Shown: positions 12,003-25,037, counted from the stretch's first letter. The stretch: 64,000 bases of DNA from Octopus vulgaris (GCA_951406725.2 OX597816.1:167338001-167402000); one strand, 5' to 3'. A program made the numbers and translations. Notes: a model not told the origin generated them from the letters alone.

Positions 12003-12865
12003 TTTGCCAATAGCCAAAGACTAAATTGACTATCTTCTCATTTGCTTCCTCACTTCATTTGTAAGTTTTAGGACTAATCTTTTACATTCAAGCTGTTTCA
12101 TTTATGAATGGGGTGGGAAGAGATCAAGCAAGAGAACAACAGCCACAGCAGCAGTAGTAGTCGTAGTAGTAGTAGTAGTAGTAGAATACAAAGTATATGT
12201 GGGGGAGGGGGGAGAAGATACTAAAGATAAAACACATACAAACATCACTAGGTTGACCTAAATTTATCTATGGCAGAAGGACCTGAATAAAGTACATAGT
12301 CTCTCCCACCACCTTCCCTCCCATGCCCTCCACCACCACCACCTCGCTCACGAAATTTGGACAAGTCAGGGAATTTGTAAAGTAGAAGAGAAAAAAAAAG
12401 TCATCAGGCACAATTTTAGAATGAAACCAGTAAAGCAGCTTTGTTGGGGAAGTTGATGAGGAGAGAGAAATAGTTTGAGAGAAGAGGAAAATTTATTATG
12501 AACATATATGGAGGGGTAAAATGTAACAGAATTAATTGGGGGGCGCGGGCGGGGGTGAAGAAGCTCATGTTGCACCTACATGGATCCAGGTTCAGTTCCA
12601 CATATACACACACACGCGCGCACACACAAATGGGGTTCTTTGCAGTTTCTGCGTACCAAATGCTCTCAAGGTTTTTACACCTTGGTTGTAAGATAACGAT
12701 TGCACATCTCACCTTTGTACTAAAAGGTGTTAGAATGTGTCAAAACAATTGTAGGGATTTTAAATAAAGTAAGCAACTCTGTTTTCTATCATCCGTCTCT
12801 CTCTGTCTCAGATATATATATATATAAATATGTGTGTGTGTGTGTATGTATGTATATATATAAAG

Positions 12866-13090
12866 TTAATCCAAACACGAAAACGCAAAGAGAAAACACA
12901 ACGCAAGGACGTGGAATAAGTATAGTATTATTGGACGCTCAGGAAAGGAAAGAAAGGAGGATTTAACGTTACGAGTGGAGCTCTTCGTCAGAAACACAGG
13001 AAAAGTAAAGATCCAAGGAAGGGAAGACAGAAGGGGAAAAAAAAAGAAAAAAAAATTGCCAACGATACATACACTGTCACGTTTTGAATA
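12866..13090 (-). mobile_element. Probable Penelope-like element terminal fragment with decayed minimal hammerhead motif
   Basis: Minus strand 12962-12994 reads TTT-CTGACGA-A-GAG-ctcca-CTC-GtAA-CGTT-AAA; CpG-rich island between (TA)n tracts. Confidence 0.55.
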
Positions 13091-13184
13091 TATATATATA
13101 TATATATGTATATACACGTGTGTGTGTATATATATTATATACACACATATATATACACACACACACACACACACATTACAGGAA

Positions 13185-13478
13185 TTAGACTGTGGCCATG
13201 CTGGGGCATCACCTTAAAGAATTTTAGTTGAATGAATCAATGCCAGAACTTATTCTATTAGTCTCTTTTGCTGAACTGCTAAGTTACGGGGATATAAACA
13301 TCCCAACACTGGTCATCAAGCAGTTACAAGTCACACAAAAACACACACACAAAGGGATTCTTTGCAGTTTCCGTCTACCAAATCCATTCAAAAGGTCTTG
13401 GTTGGCTCAAGGCTATAGCAGAAGACTTGTCCAAGTCACACAGTAGGACTACTACTTACTGCCACACACCTACTCCTA
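13185..13478 (-). mobile_element. SINE family B (degenerate)
   Basis: Homologous to 5940-6315. Confidence 0.8.
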
Positions 13479-13919
13479 TATATGGATAGGTAGGTGGGTA
13501 GGTAGCTAGAGATATTACATAGATATGTGCATCACACACAAACACAATGAGCTTCTACACACTCCCTATTGACGAAATGCCCTCACAAAGCATTAGCTAG
13601 CCCAGGGCTATAGCAAAAAGACACTGAATGTGCTGCTCAGAGGAACCACAATCAGAACCATGTGATTCACGGGCAAACTTCTTAAGCACAGTACCATACT
13701 GGCACCTATTCCATCAGCACTTTGACATCTACTAAGTTATGCTTGCATTGGATCGACAGAATTTGTTGAAAGAGATGGTTTGATGTCCTTGTTTCAAAAC
13801 CTCACTCGTTTCCAAGGAAGACTGGAAATAAATGACATTGAATGATGGCGAAACTTATTCAGAAGAATCATGTAATGTTTGAGATAAGGGGTTAGATGCA
13901 GGCACACACAAATTTACAC

Positions 13920-14292
13920 ACAGGAGTGGCTGTGTGGTAAGAAGCTTGCTCACCAACCACATGGCTCTGGGTTCAGTCCCACTGCATGGCACCTTGGGCA
14001 AGTGCCTTCTACTACAGACTTGGGCTGACCAAAGTTTTGTCAATGGATTTGGTAGACAGAAACTGAAAGATGCTCATCATGTGTATGTGTGTGTGTGTGT
14101 GTGTGTGTGTCTGTTTGTCCTCCCACCGATATTGGTGAGTTCATGTCTCCACAACTTAGCAGTTCAGCAATAGAGATTGATTGAATAAGTACTAAAGCTT
14201 ACAAAGAATAAGTTCTAGGGGCGATTTGTTTAACTAAAAGGTGGTGCTCCAGCATGGCTGCAGTCAGGTGACTGAAACAAGTAAAAGAATAA
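13920..14292 (+). mobile_element. SINE family B, full length
   Basis: caggagtggctgtgtggtaagaagc head, gggttcagtccc B-box-like, (TG)n, tail gaaacaagtaaaagaat. Confidence 0.9.
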
Positions 14293-14449
14293 AATACACC
14301 CGCCCACACATACATGTGTGTACAAACAAAAGGCTTCTTTCAATTTCTGTGTACAAATTCACTCACATGGCTTCGGTTGGCCTGGGGCTGTAGTAAGAGA
14401 TATTTGCTCAAAGTCTCATACAGTGGGGACTGAACTTAATACCATAGAG

Positions 14450-14652
14450 CAGGGTTCCCCAGCCAGGGGTGCTTGCACCCCTTGGGGATGCGAGATAGCA
14501 TTCCTGGGGGTGCAAATAGGGCTGGATTTATAGGAGGTCAAAGAGGGCAGTTGCCCCAGGCACCTTTATTCTTATATAAATTATTACTTTAAGGGGTGCA
14601 AGAACATAGAGGGGTTTTTAGGGGTGCAGGACATAAAGGTTGGGAACCACTG
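14450..14652. mobile_element. hAT (Charlie-like) MITE inserted in a SINE
   Basis: 8-bp TSD CCATAGAG (14442-14449 and 14653-14660); termini CAGGGTTCCCCAGCC...GGTTGGGAACCACTG. Confidence 0.88.
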
Positions 14653-14717
14653 CCATAGAGGTTCAAGTTTCTTAAATGCAAATCCATCCATGCCAGCTGT
14701 GTATGTTGTATATGTGT

Positions 14718-15032
14718 GGAGCACTCCATTGGTTACGATGAGGATCCCAGCTGATACAATCAGCGGAACAGCCTGATCATGAAGGTAACGTGCAAATGGC
14801 TGAGCACTGCACAAACACGTGTACCCTTAACGTAGTTCTCAGGGAGATTCAGCGTGACACAGAATGTGACAAGGCTGGTCCTTTGAAATACAGGTACTAC
14901 TCATTTTTGCCAGCTGAGTGGACTGGAGCAATGTGAAATAAAGTGTCTTGCTCAAAGACATGCATTACTAGGAATTGAACTCATGACCTTACGATCATGA
15001 ACTAAATGCCTTAACCATTACGTCACGTGCCT
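14718..15032 (-). mobile_element. SINE family C, full length
   Basis: Well-preserved inverse copy with gagttcaattcc B-box-like on the minus strand. Confidence 0.85.
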
Positions 15033-15667
15033 TTACACACGTGTGCAGACAGACAGACAGACCATAATTTTACATTGACTTTCCATGCTGCCATGGGTAG
15101 GACAGGTTGTTACCAGAGTCAGCACATACTTGAGGCTATCACTCAATTGGGTCAGGGAGCCTCGTTTGACTTGTTTTTCAATCTGGGTCATAAATATACA
15201 AACATGTACACTTTTGCATGTACACATACACGTGTAGCTACACAACATATTTTACTGCGGGTGGGGGGGGGTATGTTGAAATTATAACATATACAATCAA
15301 AGCAAATATTTATAGAATAAGGAAATAAAAAGGATTTGATGAAAGAAAATATAAGTGTTAATTTAATTCCTAGTTAACATTGCTAACAATTATTTAATTA
15401 AATAAACAAACAAGAATGAATAAATAAAATACATTTCCTGCTTCCAAATATTTTTCCCCATCTTAAAACAAATTTTCAAGACACATTAACATTGAGTATG
15501 TAAACTACAACCAAGCGTTAGTTTATAGAGAAAGAGGTGGGTGGGAGTAGGCGGTGTTTATTCCTTTCGTTGCTAAATTTCTGTTGGAATACATTGCCTT
15601 TGCTTCAATTAATTTTCAATTCAATTAATTTTGAATAATGAAGAATTTAGCAAAATAAATTTGTCAT

Positions 15668-16110
15668 GCAGGAATGGCTGTGTGGTAAGAAGCTTGCTTC
15701 CCAACCACATGGTTCCGGGTTCAGTCCCACTGCGTGACACCATGGGTAAGTGTCTTCTACTATAGCCTCAGGATAACCAAAACCTTGTGAGTGGATTTGG
15801 TAGACAGAAACTGAGAGAAGCCCATTGTACATATATACACACGCATATATATATATACACACATGCGCATACATACACAGACACACACACATAAACACAT
15901 CTTTGTATGTGTATGTTTTTCTGCCCATCACTGCTTGACTACGAATGTTGGTGTGTTTACATCCCCGTGAGATAGCAATTCGACAAAAGAGACCAATAGA
16001 ATTAGTATTAGGCTTAGAAAAATAAGTCCTGGGTTTCATTTGTTTGACCAAAATTCCTTTAAGGCAAGTGCCCCAGCATGGTCACAGTCAAATGACAAAA
16101 GAGTAAAAGA
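15668..16110 (+). mobile_element. SINE family B, full length
   Basis: Same head, internal microsatellite and tail as 13920-14292. Confidence 0.9.
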
Positions 16111-16202
16111 ATAATTAACTCAGTATTTGAAACAAATATTAAATTTTGTTAGGTTTTAATTTAGATCACCTTATCTATATCTATCTATCTATATATATAT
16201 AT

Positions 16203-16562
16203 ACACACACACATACACACACACAAGCACACTCACTTGCACTCACGCTCATGCACACACAAGCGCTCACGTACACACAAGCGCATGCACACGCAAGCAC
16301 TCTCTCACACACACAAGCACTCGCACACACACACACACACACACACAGACACAAGCGCTCGCACGCACACACACAGACACAAGCGCTCGCACGCACACAC
16401 ACACAAGCGCTCACACACACACACATACACAAGCGCTCACACACACACAAGCGCGCATGCACACACACACACACACAAGTGCTCACACACACACACACAC
16501 AAGTGCTCACACACACACACACACACAAGTGCTCACACACTCACACAAGCGCACACACACAG
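16203..16562. repeat. Compound (CA)n minisatellite with CAAGCGCTC/CAAGTGCTC interruptions
   Basis: Repeated acacacaagcgctcac / acacaagtgctcac units. Confidence 0.95.
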
Positions 16563-17159
16563 CATTGAGAGATTAAAAAAAAATAGAAGGCAGGTGTAAA
16601 AATGCTGAGCTGCTGCTTCAACATAGTCGGGGCCATTATTATACACCATTCTTGTACACCCCCCACTACACCCTGGCAGCACAGATGTATACACTCACAC
16701 AAAGACATGCCACAAAAGGTAAGAAGACCAATTCCTAAATTGGAAAAATCGGTAGCACTCCCTTTCTTCTAGTTTGAGGCGAATGTATTTTTACAATTTT
16801 TTGACACCCCCCTCCCAAGCCCCCCTTTGCTGTGCTAGATTATCTGATGAAAAGCTATCCGCCTCCTTGATAATATCAAGGAGGCACTCTAAACAAAAGA
16901 TCCTATCTAAACGTACAAGCTTTTGTTTATTTTGTAACTAAATAAATATCATTACCTCAAAAAATAAGTTGAATCAATTTTTAAAAGCTGGTTTCAGTGT
17001 GGAACTAATGTAACAATGAAAATAATGGCAAAAAAAAATTTTTAAATAACAAAACAAAACAAAAAACAAACAAGGAGTGTGTCTGCTGCCCCTTGACATT
17101 GTGAGGAGTGTGTGACAATGGGATAGAAAGAATTTTCTAGAATTAACACTTTTGCTGCC

Positions 17160-17385
17160 ATTGGCAGAAACGTTAGCACGCCGGGCGAAATGCATAGCCG
17201 TATTTCGTCTGCCGTTACGTTCTGAGTTCAAATTCCGCTGAGGTTGACTTTGCCTTTCATCCTTTTAGGGTCGATAAATTAAGTACCAGTTACGCACTGG
17301 GGTCGATGTAATCGACTTAATCCATTTGTCTGTCTTTGTTTGTCCCCTCTGTGTTTAGCCCCTTGTGGATAGTAAAGAAATAGGT
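17160..17385 (+). mobile_element. SINE family A
   Basis: Highly similar to 2857-3075. Confidence 0.9.
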
Positions 17386-20098
17386 ATTTCTGGTGAAATA
17401 CACTGCCTTTGTTTCAAAGGCACTGGCATGGCTGAGTGGTTATGAAGCTTGCTTCCAAACCACGAAGTTTTGGGTTCAGTCTAACAACAGGGCACCTTGG
17501 GCCATAGTACCAAGATGTCCAAAACCTCGTGAATGGATTTAGTAGATGTAAACTGAGAGAAACTTGCCATCATCATTGTTTAAAGTCCACCTTCCATGCT
17601 AGCATGGGTGGGACGATTTCACAAGAGCTGGCCAGGCGGAAACCTGCACTAGACTTCAGTGACTGTTTTGGCAGGATTTTTCAGCTGGATGCCCTTCCTA
17701 ACACCAACCATTCAGCAGAGTGGACTTAGTGCTTTTTATGAGGCACAAATACAGGCGAGGTCAGTTTTGGCAAGGTTTATACAGCTGGATACCCTTTTGA
17801 ATGCCAACCACTTTACAGTGTGGACTAGGTGCTGTTAAGTGGCACCTGAACTAACAGGGTCACCAAGTACCTTGCAAGACAAAAAAAAACCTCCACCCCA
17901 CTCACTAATTCTTCCTCTTCCCATACAGCCAACATTGCACACACACACACACACACACACTATATATATATTTATATATTTATTTATATATATATATATC
18001 TTGCTTTCAAATTTTGGCACAAGGCCAGCAATTTCGGTGGAGGGATTAAGCCGATTACATCAACCCCAGTGTTTAATTGGTATTTATTTCATAGACTACA
18101 AAAGGATGAAATGCAAAGTCTACCTCAGCAGAATCTGAATTCAGAACATGAAGACAGACAAAGTGCCACTAAGCATTTTGACTGGTGTGCTAGCAGTTCT
18201 GCCAAATCATCACCCTAGCATGCAGATAAATATTATCCATATCTTAACATGTATTTCCAGCATACTTTGACATTTAGTAAAGAGGACTCTGATAGTCCTA
18301 ACAGGGCTTCATTAATACTAATGAGTCCCTTTCATAGAATGAACAAGGTGTGTGGTTATTCTATTCATTAAATATGGAAAATGATGTTACTCAGTAGAGT
18401 AGAAGTTCTCACACAGTGTAAACCATATCAATGGTTTATGTTGATAGACTTGCACTAGTTTTTTTCTTTGTTGTTGTTGTTGTTTTGTTTATGAATATAT
18501 AGGTCAGAGATTTAGCTAGGATGACTAATACATGGCTTTAGCCAGTATGGTAACTATGGAGAGATTGTATCATCACTATCTGATATTCATCCAGCCATGT
18601 TAAGATGCAGGGAGAGGGAGGGTTGGTGAGTGGGGTTCCTGAATGTCAACTAAACAAAAAGACAATGAACTTAAGCCTTATAGCTTCATAAAAACAAATA
18701 GAATATTAAGCGTAGGGGTAGCTCTGTGGTAAGAAGCTTCCTTACCAACCACATTGTTCTGGGTTCAGTCTGAATGAGTGGCACCTTGGGCAAGTGTCTT
18801 TTCATAATCCTATGCCAACTAAACCCTTGTGATAGGACTTGGTAGATAGAAACTGGAAGAAGCCGTGTGTGTGTGTGTGCATATGTGTATGACTCCACCT
18901 CCACTTGACAACTGGTGTTGGTGTGTTTACATCACCATAACTTGGCAGTTCATTAAAAGAGACCAATAGAATAAGTACCTGGCACTAAAATAAAAAAAAA
19001 AGGACTGGGGTCAAATAAAGAAGATAACATAACACTAAATAATAACCATCATTTAATGGCCTTTCTCTCTCCTTTTTTTTTTTTGTGCTGGTGTGGGTTG
19101 GCAGGATCTCACGACCTGTAGGACTGTGTTGAACACAAATGTTAGCTTTGGCATGATTTCTACAGCTGGTTGCCATGCCTAACATCATCCACTTTACAAA
19201 GAGTACTCTGTGTTTTTCTTCTTTTCATGGTTGTAGCTCTAATGAGGTCACCAAGTCGCTCACAAGTCAAGATACCTTGACAAAAGTGGTGGCATGCAGT
19301 ATTGAAAGAGTTGGCCTTATGTGTTGCACCAAAGCTCATTGAAGTAGATGGTCGCAGGGGTAAACTGTTGAGTTAATAGACCTTAGATTCAAGAGATATA
19401 AGACTTTATCCCAAGAACTAAATGAAACAAACAAACTGGCAAATGATATATTAGTTTCAAATTTTGGAATAAGGCCAACAATGTTGTGTACGTGTGTGTG
19501 TGTGTGTGGGGGGGGGGTCAATTACAACCACCCGTGCTCATCTGGTACTTATTTCATTGACCCCGAATGAAGGAAGGGCAAAGTCAACCTGAGCAGGACT
19601 TAAACTCAGGACGTAAAGTCGGACAAAATGTCGCAAAGCATTTTGCCCAGTGTGCTAATAATTCTGCCAGCTTGCTGCTTGGCAAATGAAATATTAACAG
19701 CGTAGTAGTAGTAGTAGCTGCAGTAGTATTGTGGTGGTGATAGTAGTAGTGGTTGTAATAATAGTAGTTCTGTGTCACTAGACTGCCAAATGATGCACCA
19801 CCAACAGCAATAAGAATCTACCCTGCCACCCCATACAGACTATCTCTCATAACAAAATGTATTATGTGACTAACACGAGTAGGAGAGGATTTTACAAATT
19901 GTAAATGTTTTGAATGAATAGTCAGGGGAGAGATGTTAACAAGTGAACAGAGCTCTTCTTGTAGTTAACCATTTAACTGTGAAACGACACTGGTAGCCTG
20001 ATTTACAGTTGGATTGAAATGGTATACAGACATGAGCTGATCAAACATGAATAGAAGGCTGAGTAAACAAATACAGGCATATCTATCTACCCACACAT

Positions 20099-20143
<45 letters not shown>

Positions 20144-20538
20144 ACTGTATAATAATATGTAATAATATTTAATCTCTGATTTAAATCGACAATTTTTAAA
20201 TACAAATGACAAAGATGATGAGGTAACTGCAAGCAGAATCAAACCCACATATCAATACTAATGTGGCTCCTTGAGAATTTAATTGGCTAAATGCTTACCT
20301 ATCAATTTCAGTCAAATTTAATATATGCAGCATGGAATTTTGTCAGTGAATAGGTCGCAGTCTCAAGGCAACAAAAACATTTTGGCAATTTAAATTTAAA
20401 TGTTGAAGTGACTCTAATGGTTTTTTTGTGTTTCTTAAATGGCAATTGTTTCCATTCCAGCACACAATCTCAGATCAGGTCACTTGCTATGCAAGTACAT
20501 CTGCATAATATATATTTAAACTGTCTAATACTACATAT

Positions 20539-20688
20539 ATTTATAAACAAACCCCAAAGGCTTTGGTAGTTACGGAGAGAAAGCTACTATGAAAGACTCA
20601 TAGTATAATAACTAATGATTATTATTATACGAGTCTTCCATAGTAGCGTTCTCTCTGTAACTTAAGCCTTCCGTGTTTGTTTATAAAT
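20539..20688. repeat. Long imperfect inverted repeat (foldback), ~70-bp arms, ~12-nt loop
   Basis: atttataaacaaac...agttacggagagaaagctactatgaaagactc...gtataata pairs with tattatacgagtcttccatagtagcgttctctctgtaact...gtttgtttataaat. Confidence 0.92.
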
Positions 20689-21332
20689 GTTATATAAGAG
20701 ATAGATACACAACAATATGGCATTCCTTTACGTCAAATTATACTAAAATCAATTTATCATCAAACCAAAGAACAAATACTTTTTAGTAGAGTCCATATTT
20801 ATTATGTTTTTACAAGAAGATATGTGACAGTGACTTTGAAGTCTCAGTTGATCATCATCATCATTGTATTCATATTTGCTTTTCTATACTTGCATGGGTC
20901 AGACAGAATTTGTTGGGACACATTTTTGGTGAGGAGATGCCCTTTCCTGTCTCGGACCCTCACCTGTCTCCAAGGAAAGTAATATTTATTCATGGCTGGA
21001 CAGGTTTTCACGGAATATTCTAAATGAATGGACACTGCTTATATGACAGTGACACTTATTTACAATCATCATACTGTGTCAAGACAAGGAGACACACAAA
21101 AACACACACACAAACACGTATATGCATGTATATATCACATCATTATCGTTTAACATCCATCTTCCAGCATGGTTTGACAGGGTCCAATGAGCTAGAGGAT
21201 TACACTGACTACCAAGGTCTGTTTTGGAATGGTTTCTATGACTGGATGCTCTTCCTAATGCCAACCAATTTACAATGTGTACATGCGTGCTATTGTCTCC
21301 TCATCTTTACATCAAATGAGAGATGTAAATGA

Positions 21333-21692
21333 GCAGGAGTGGCTGTGTGGTAAATAGCTTACTTACCAACCACATGGTTCTGGGTTCAGTCTACTATAGC
21401 CTTGGGCCCACCAAAGCCTTGTGAGTGGATTTGGTAGGCAGAAACTGAAAGAAGCTCATCATATATATATTTGTGTGTGTGTGTATGTCTGTGTGCTCCC
21501 CCCCCCCCAACATTGCTTGACAACCGATGCTGGTATGTTTACGTCCCCGTAACTTAGCGGTTCAGCAAAGATGACCGATAGAATAAGTACTAGGCTTACA
21601 AAGAATAAGTCCTGGGGTCGACTTGCTCAACTAAAAACGGTGCTCCAGCATGGCAGCAGTCAAATGACTGGAACAAGTAAAAGAGTAAAGAG
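21333..21692 (+). mobile_element. SINE family B (small internal deletion)
   Basis: Head, (TG)n, ccccaacattgcttgacaaccg and tail aacaagtaaaagagtaaag. Confidence 0.9.
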
Positions 21693-21879
21693 TATTGTCA
21701 CAATATTTGCAGTATCTGTTTGTTAACCTTCCATAAAAACATATCTGGTCATGGGGAAATATTACCTTACTTGCAAAGCATGAGGGTTGGCGAGAGGAAG
21801 GGCATCCAACTAGAGGAAATCGGCTTCAATGAATTTCATCTAACCCATGCAAGCACAGAAAAGCAGGCGTTAAAACAAT

Positions 21880-22213
21880 GGCCATGTGGGGCACTACCTT
21901 GAAGGATTTTAGTCAAATGAATTAACCCCAGTATTTATCTGTTATCATTAAGCCTGATACTTATCCTATCAGTCTCTTTTGCTGAACTGCTAAGTTACAG
22001 ATACATAAACACATCTACACCAGTTGTCAAGCAGAGGTGGGGAGAAACACATATACACACACAATGAGCTTCTTTCAGTTTCTGTCTGCCAAATCCACTC
22101 ACAAGGCTTTGGTCAGCCTGAGGATATAGAAGACACTTGCTCAAGGTACCACTCAATGGGACTGAAACCAGAACCATGTGGTTGGGAAGCAAGCTGTCTA
22201 CCACACAGCCACA
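21880..22213 (-). mobile_element. SINE family B
   Basis: Inverse homolog of 21333-21692. Confidence 0.85.
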
Positions 22214-22714
22214 TAGCTGTGTCTATGATGATAAGTCACAAAAGAAATTGAGTGTGATCTCAATAAAATTTTGAGAATGAATTTCAGACTTTAGAAAAAA
22301 ATAAACAAAGATCAAGAGCAAATACAGTTTACTTATTAGATACTGGCAATTTAATAAATAAAAATCCCGGCAATGTAAAGAAATACAAGCATGCTTAGAA
22401 TGAAAAAGAGAGAGGAGTGGTGAGTCAGAAAGTCTATAAAATGCTAAATCAACAGCCATAACAGTGATCAAGATTATTTCCTTGTCATATCAAATAAAGT
22501 TATAGCTCAAGGTAAGTGTTAAAACAGTAATGTACACATATTTTGGAAAAAGGAGTGAAGCAGGAGTAAATAAAAAGCACGGACATGTTTTTTTTTTATG
22601 TTGAACCTGTACCTCCTTGTTTTCATTCGAGTCTATTAATATTTATGGTGTGTGATATTTACCAATTTCCAGTCTCTCATAACCAAATAAACCTAAGACA
22701 TTAACATAATTTAA

Positions 22715-22932
22715 CCCTGTAGCATTCAGATTATTTTTTTTCAAATGTAATGCTTATTTAAACACATTGTTTTGAATTAATCATGTATTATCTCATAGTT
22801 TTGATATTTCGATGATGTAATTGTTATTAGAATGACATTGTAGGGTAGGTGTGAGTGACCAGATCAGGCCAGTCTGAACATAAAACAGGCCAAATATTTG
22901 AGCCAGATATGGCAAGTTTGAATACTAAAAGG
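22715..22932 (-). mobile_element. piggyBac-type MITE (221-bp family)
   Basis: TTAA on both sides; CCCTGTAGCATTC...GAATACTAAAAGG; inverse homolog of 29660-29880. Confidence 0.85.
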
Positions 22933-23181
22933 TTAAAGAAAAAGGAGTTAAGTAACTCAGAGTGGCCAGTGGAATGCATTTGAACAACAGACAAATGCAG
23001 GTATATCAAATCTCATACAATACAAATGGCAATTAAAACCAGTTCCACTTGGATAAATTTTGATTATGGAAATTATCTTTTATCGATTGTCATTTGATAG
23101 TTAAGATACATCCTCCAGAGGAAGAGATAAAATAAATCAAGAATTTATTGTATGGTATTTGATATACCTGTATTTGTCTAT

Positions 23182-23480
23182 GGCACATGGTTTAGTGGTT
23201 AGGGTATTCAGCTTGGTCTTAAGGTTGTGAGTGATTCCTGGCAGTGTTTTGTGTCCTTGAGCAAGACACTTTATTCCATGTTGCTCCAGTCCACTCAGCT
23301 GGCAAAAATGAGTTGTACCTGTATTCCAAAGGGCCAGCCTTGTCACACTCTCCTGCTGGATCTCTGATGAATACATTAAGGCTACGTGTACCTGTGGAGT
23401 GCTCAGCACATTATTTCATGAGAAAGCTGCTGTATTGATTGGATAATCTGGAACCCTCATCATCATAACCAATGGAGTAC
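23182..23480 (+). mobile_element. SINE family C, full length
   Basis: ggcacatggtttagtggttaggg A-box-like, gagtgattcctgg B-box-like, gtccttgagcaagacac core. Confidence 0.85.
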
Positions 23481-24588
23481 CAATTTTTTTTCTTTTCTTT
23501 TTTTTGCCTTATTTGTTTAAGGTATTAAGTCGTGGTTCCAGTAACCTATAAACTTGACAACAGGTTGCAAAATTCAAACATCAGGTTGTTCTCGATATCA
23601 GTTCCAGCCATCAAATCATACTGAATAGGGATCATCAATTTTCCATTCTTGCAGGGGTCAGACCAAGTTATGGCCAGATGCCCTTCCTGTCACCAACCCC
23701 TAGTTTTCAACCTATATCTTCTCATAACGGCTGTAAGATTTTGTACTTATTCAGGATTCCTTATGAATCATTAACTTTCCTATCTATCCTCTTCATTGAT
23801 TCTAATAAGGACATTCAGACCTCGCATGTACATCTATGTATTTATATTTGTGCTTATATATTTATAATTCTTTGTATGCTTATATGTGTTTATAAATTTT
23901 TATTATGCCTCATATATGTGAACACATCTTTGTATATTGTGGAGAATTTTGATAATTTGAAATGGATTGAATGAATATATACACCGACCTCTGAAATTTG
24001 CTACTCTCCTTATTTTATATATATATCTCAGAAACCTCATTAACTTATTTCATCAAATCTTATTGCAGTTTTTAAATAGAAACTATTTTTTGTAAGGGTG
24101 GAGATATCCCCCACCACCATTTACCATTTTCTCTTTTTAGTTTTCTTTTACTCCCTTTGGGAATTTTTTAATTCACCCCAAGTTTAGAGTAGAAATCACA
24201 GCAACACCAGTTTCCATTTCATAAGGTGGAGTAACAAGTCACCTTTTAGCAAAAGGAATTTATTAATCTAAATTTGTAAAAAAAAAAGCAAGAATTTGTC
24301 ATTACAGTAAACAGCAGCGAGGTAGAAGAATTCCCTAACCAATAATCAACAGATTCTTAAAAGCAGGCTTTCCATAAGTAATTCATTCTATGTAGACAGG
24401 AATAAATGGTATGAGGTGGGGTTTTGAGCATATTAAAATTATCTTATCAAACTGACATATTTTTTCCTTATAAATGGAGCAGATGGAGAACATACAAGAC
24501 CGCTTTCTTTTTTTTTTTTTTTTGAAATTCTTGTAATGCTTTGAAGTAAAAGAAGTCACAATATAAGGAAATCATTTCTAAAAAAAAG

Positions 24589-24628
<40 letters not shown>

Positions 24629-24748
24629 AATATAAAGTAGGTTTCTGCATGTATTGTTTTCTAACTTGTACAGGTATGTACTGTTGGAGGAAGTTAGATG
24701 ATAGAAACACAAGAGGATCTTTCTTTGATAATGTGTTTACATGTGGAT

Positions 24749-24965
24749 GAGAGAGAAAAAGAGAAATAGGGGAATGGAGAGAGAGGGGGAATGGAGAGAA
24801 AGAGAGAGGGGAATGAGAGAGAGAGGGGGAGACAAGGGGGAAGGAGACAAAGGACAAGAGAGAGAAAGGGCAGGAGAGAGAGAGAGAGAAAGGGCAAGAG
24901 AGAGAGAAAGAGAAAGGGCGAGAGAGAGAGAGAGAGAGAAAGGGCGAGAGAGAGAGAGAGAAAGG

Positions 24966-25000
<35 letters not shown>

Positions 25001-25006
25001 TGGGGG

Positions 25007-25037
<31 letters not shown>

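Noticed and set aside
10742-12017. Long SL-rich and RE-rich ORFs (222-422 aa) in several frames
   Set aside because: By-products of a stop-free (GA)n satellite, open on both strands
16146-16599. HT-rich and CV-rich ORFs
   Set aside because: Translation of the (CA)n array
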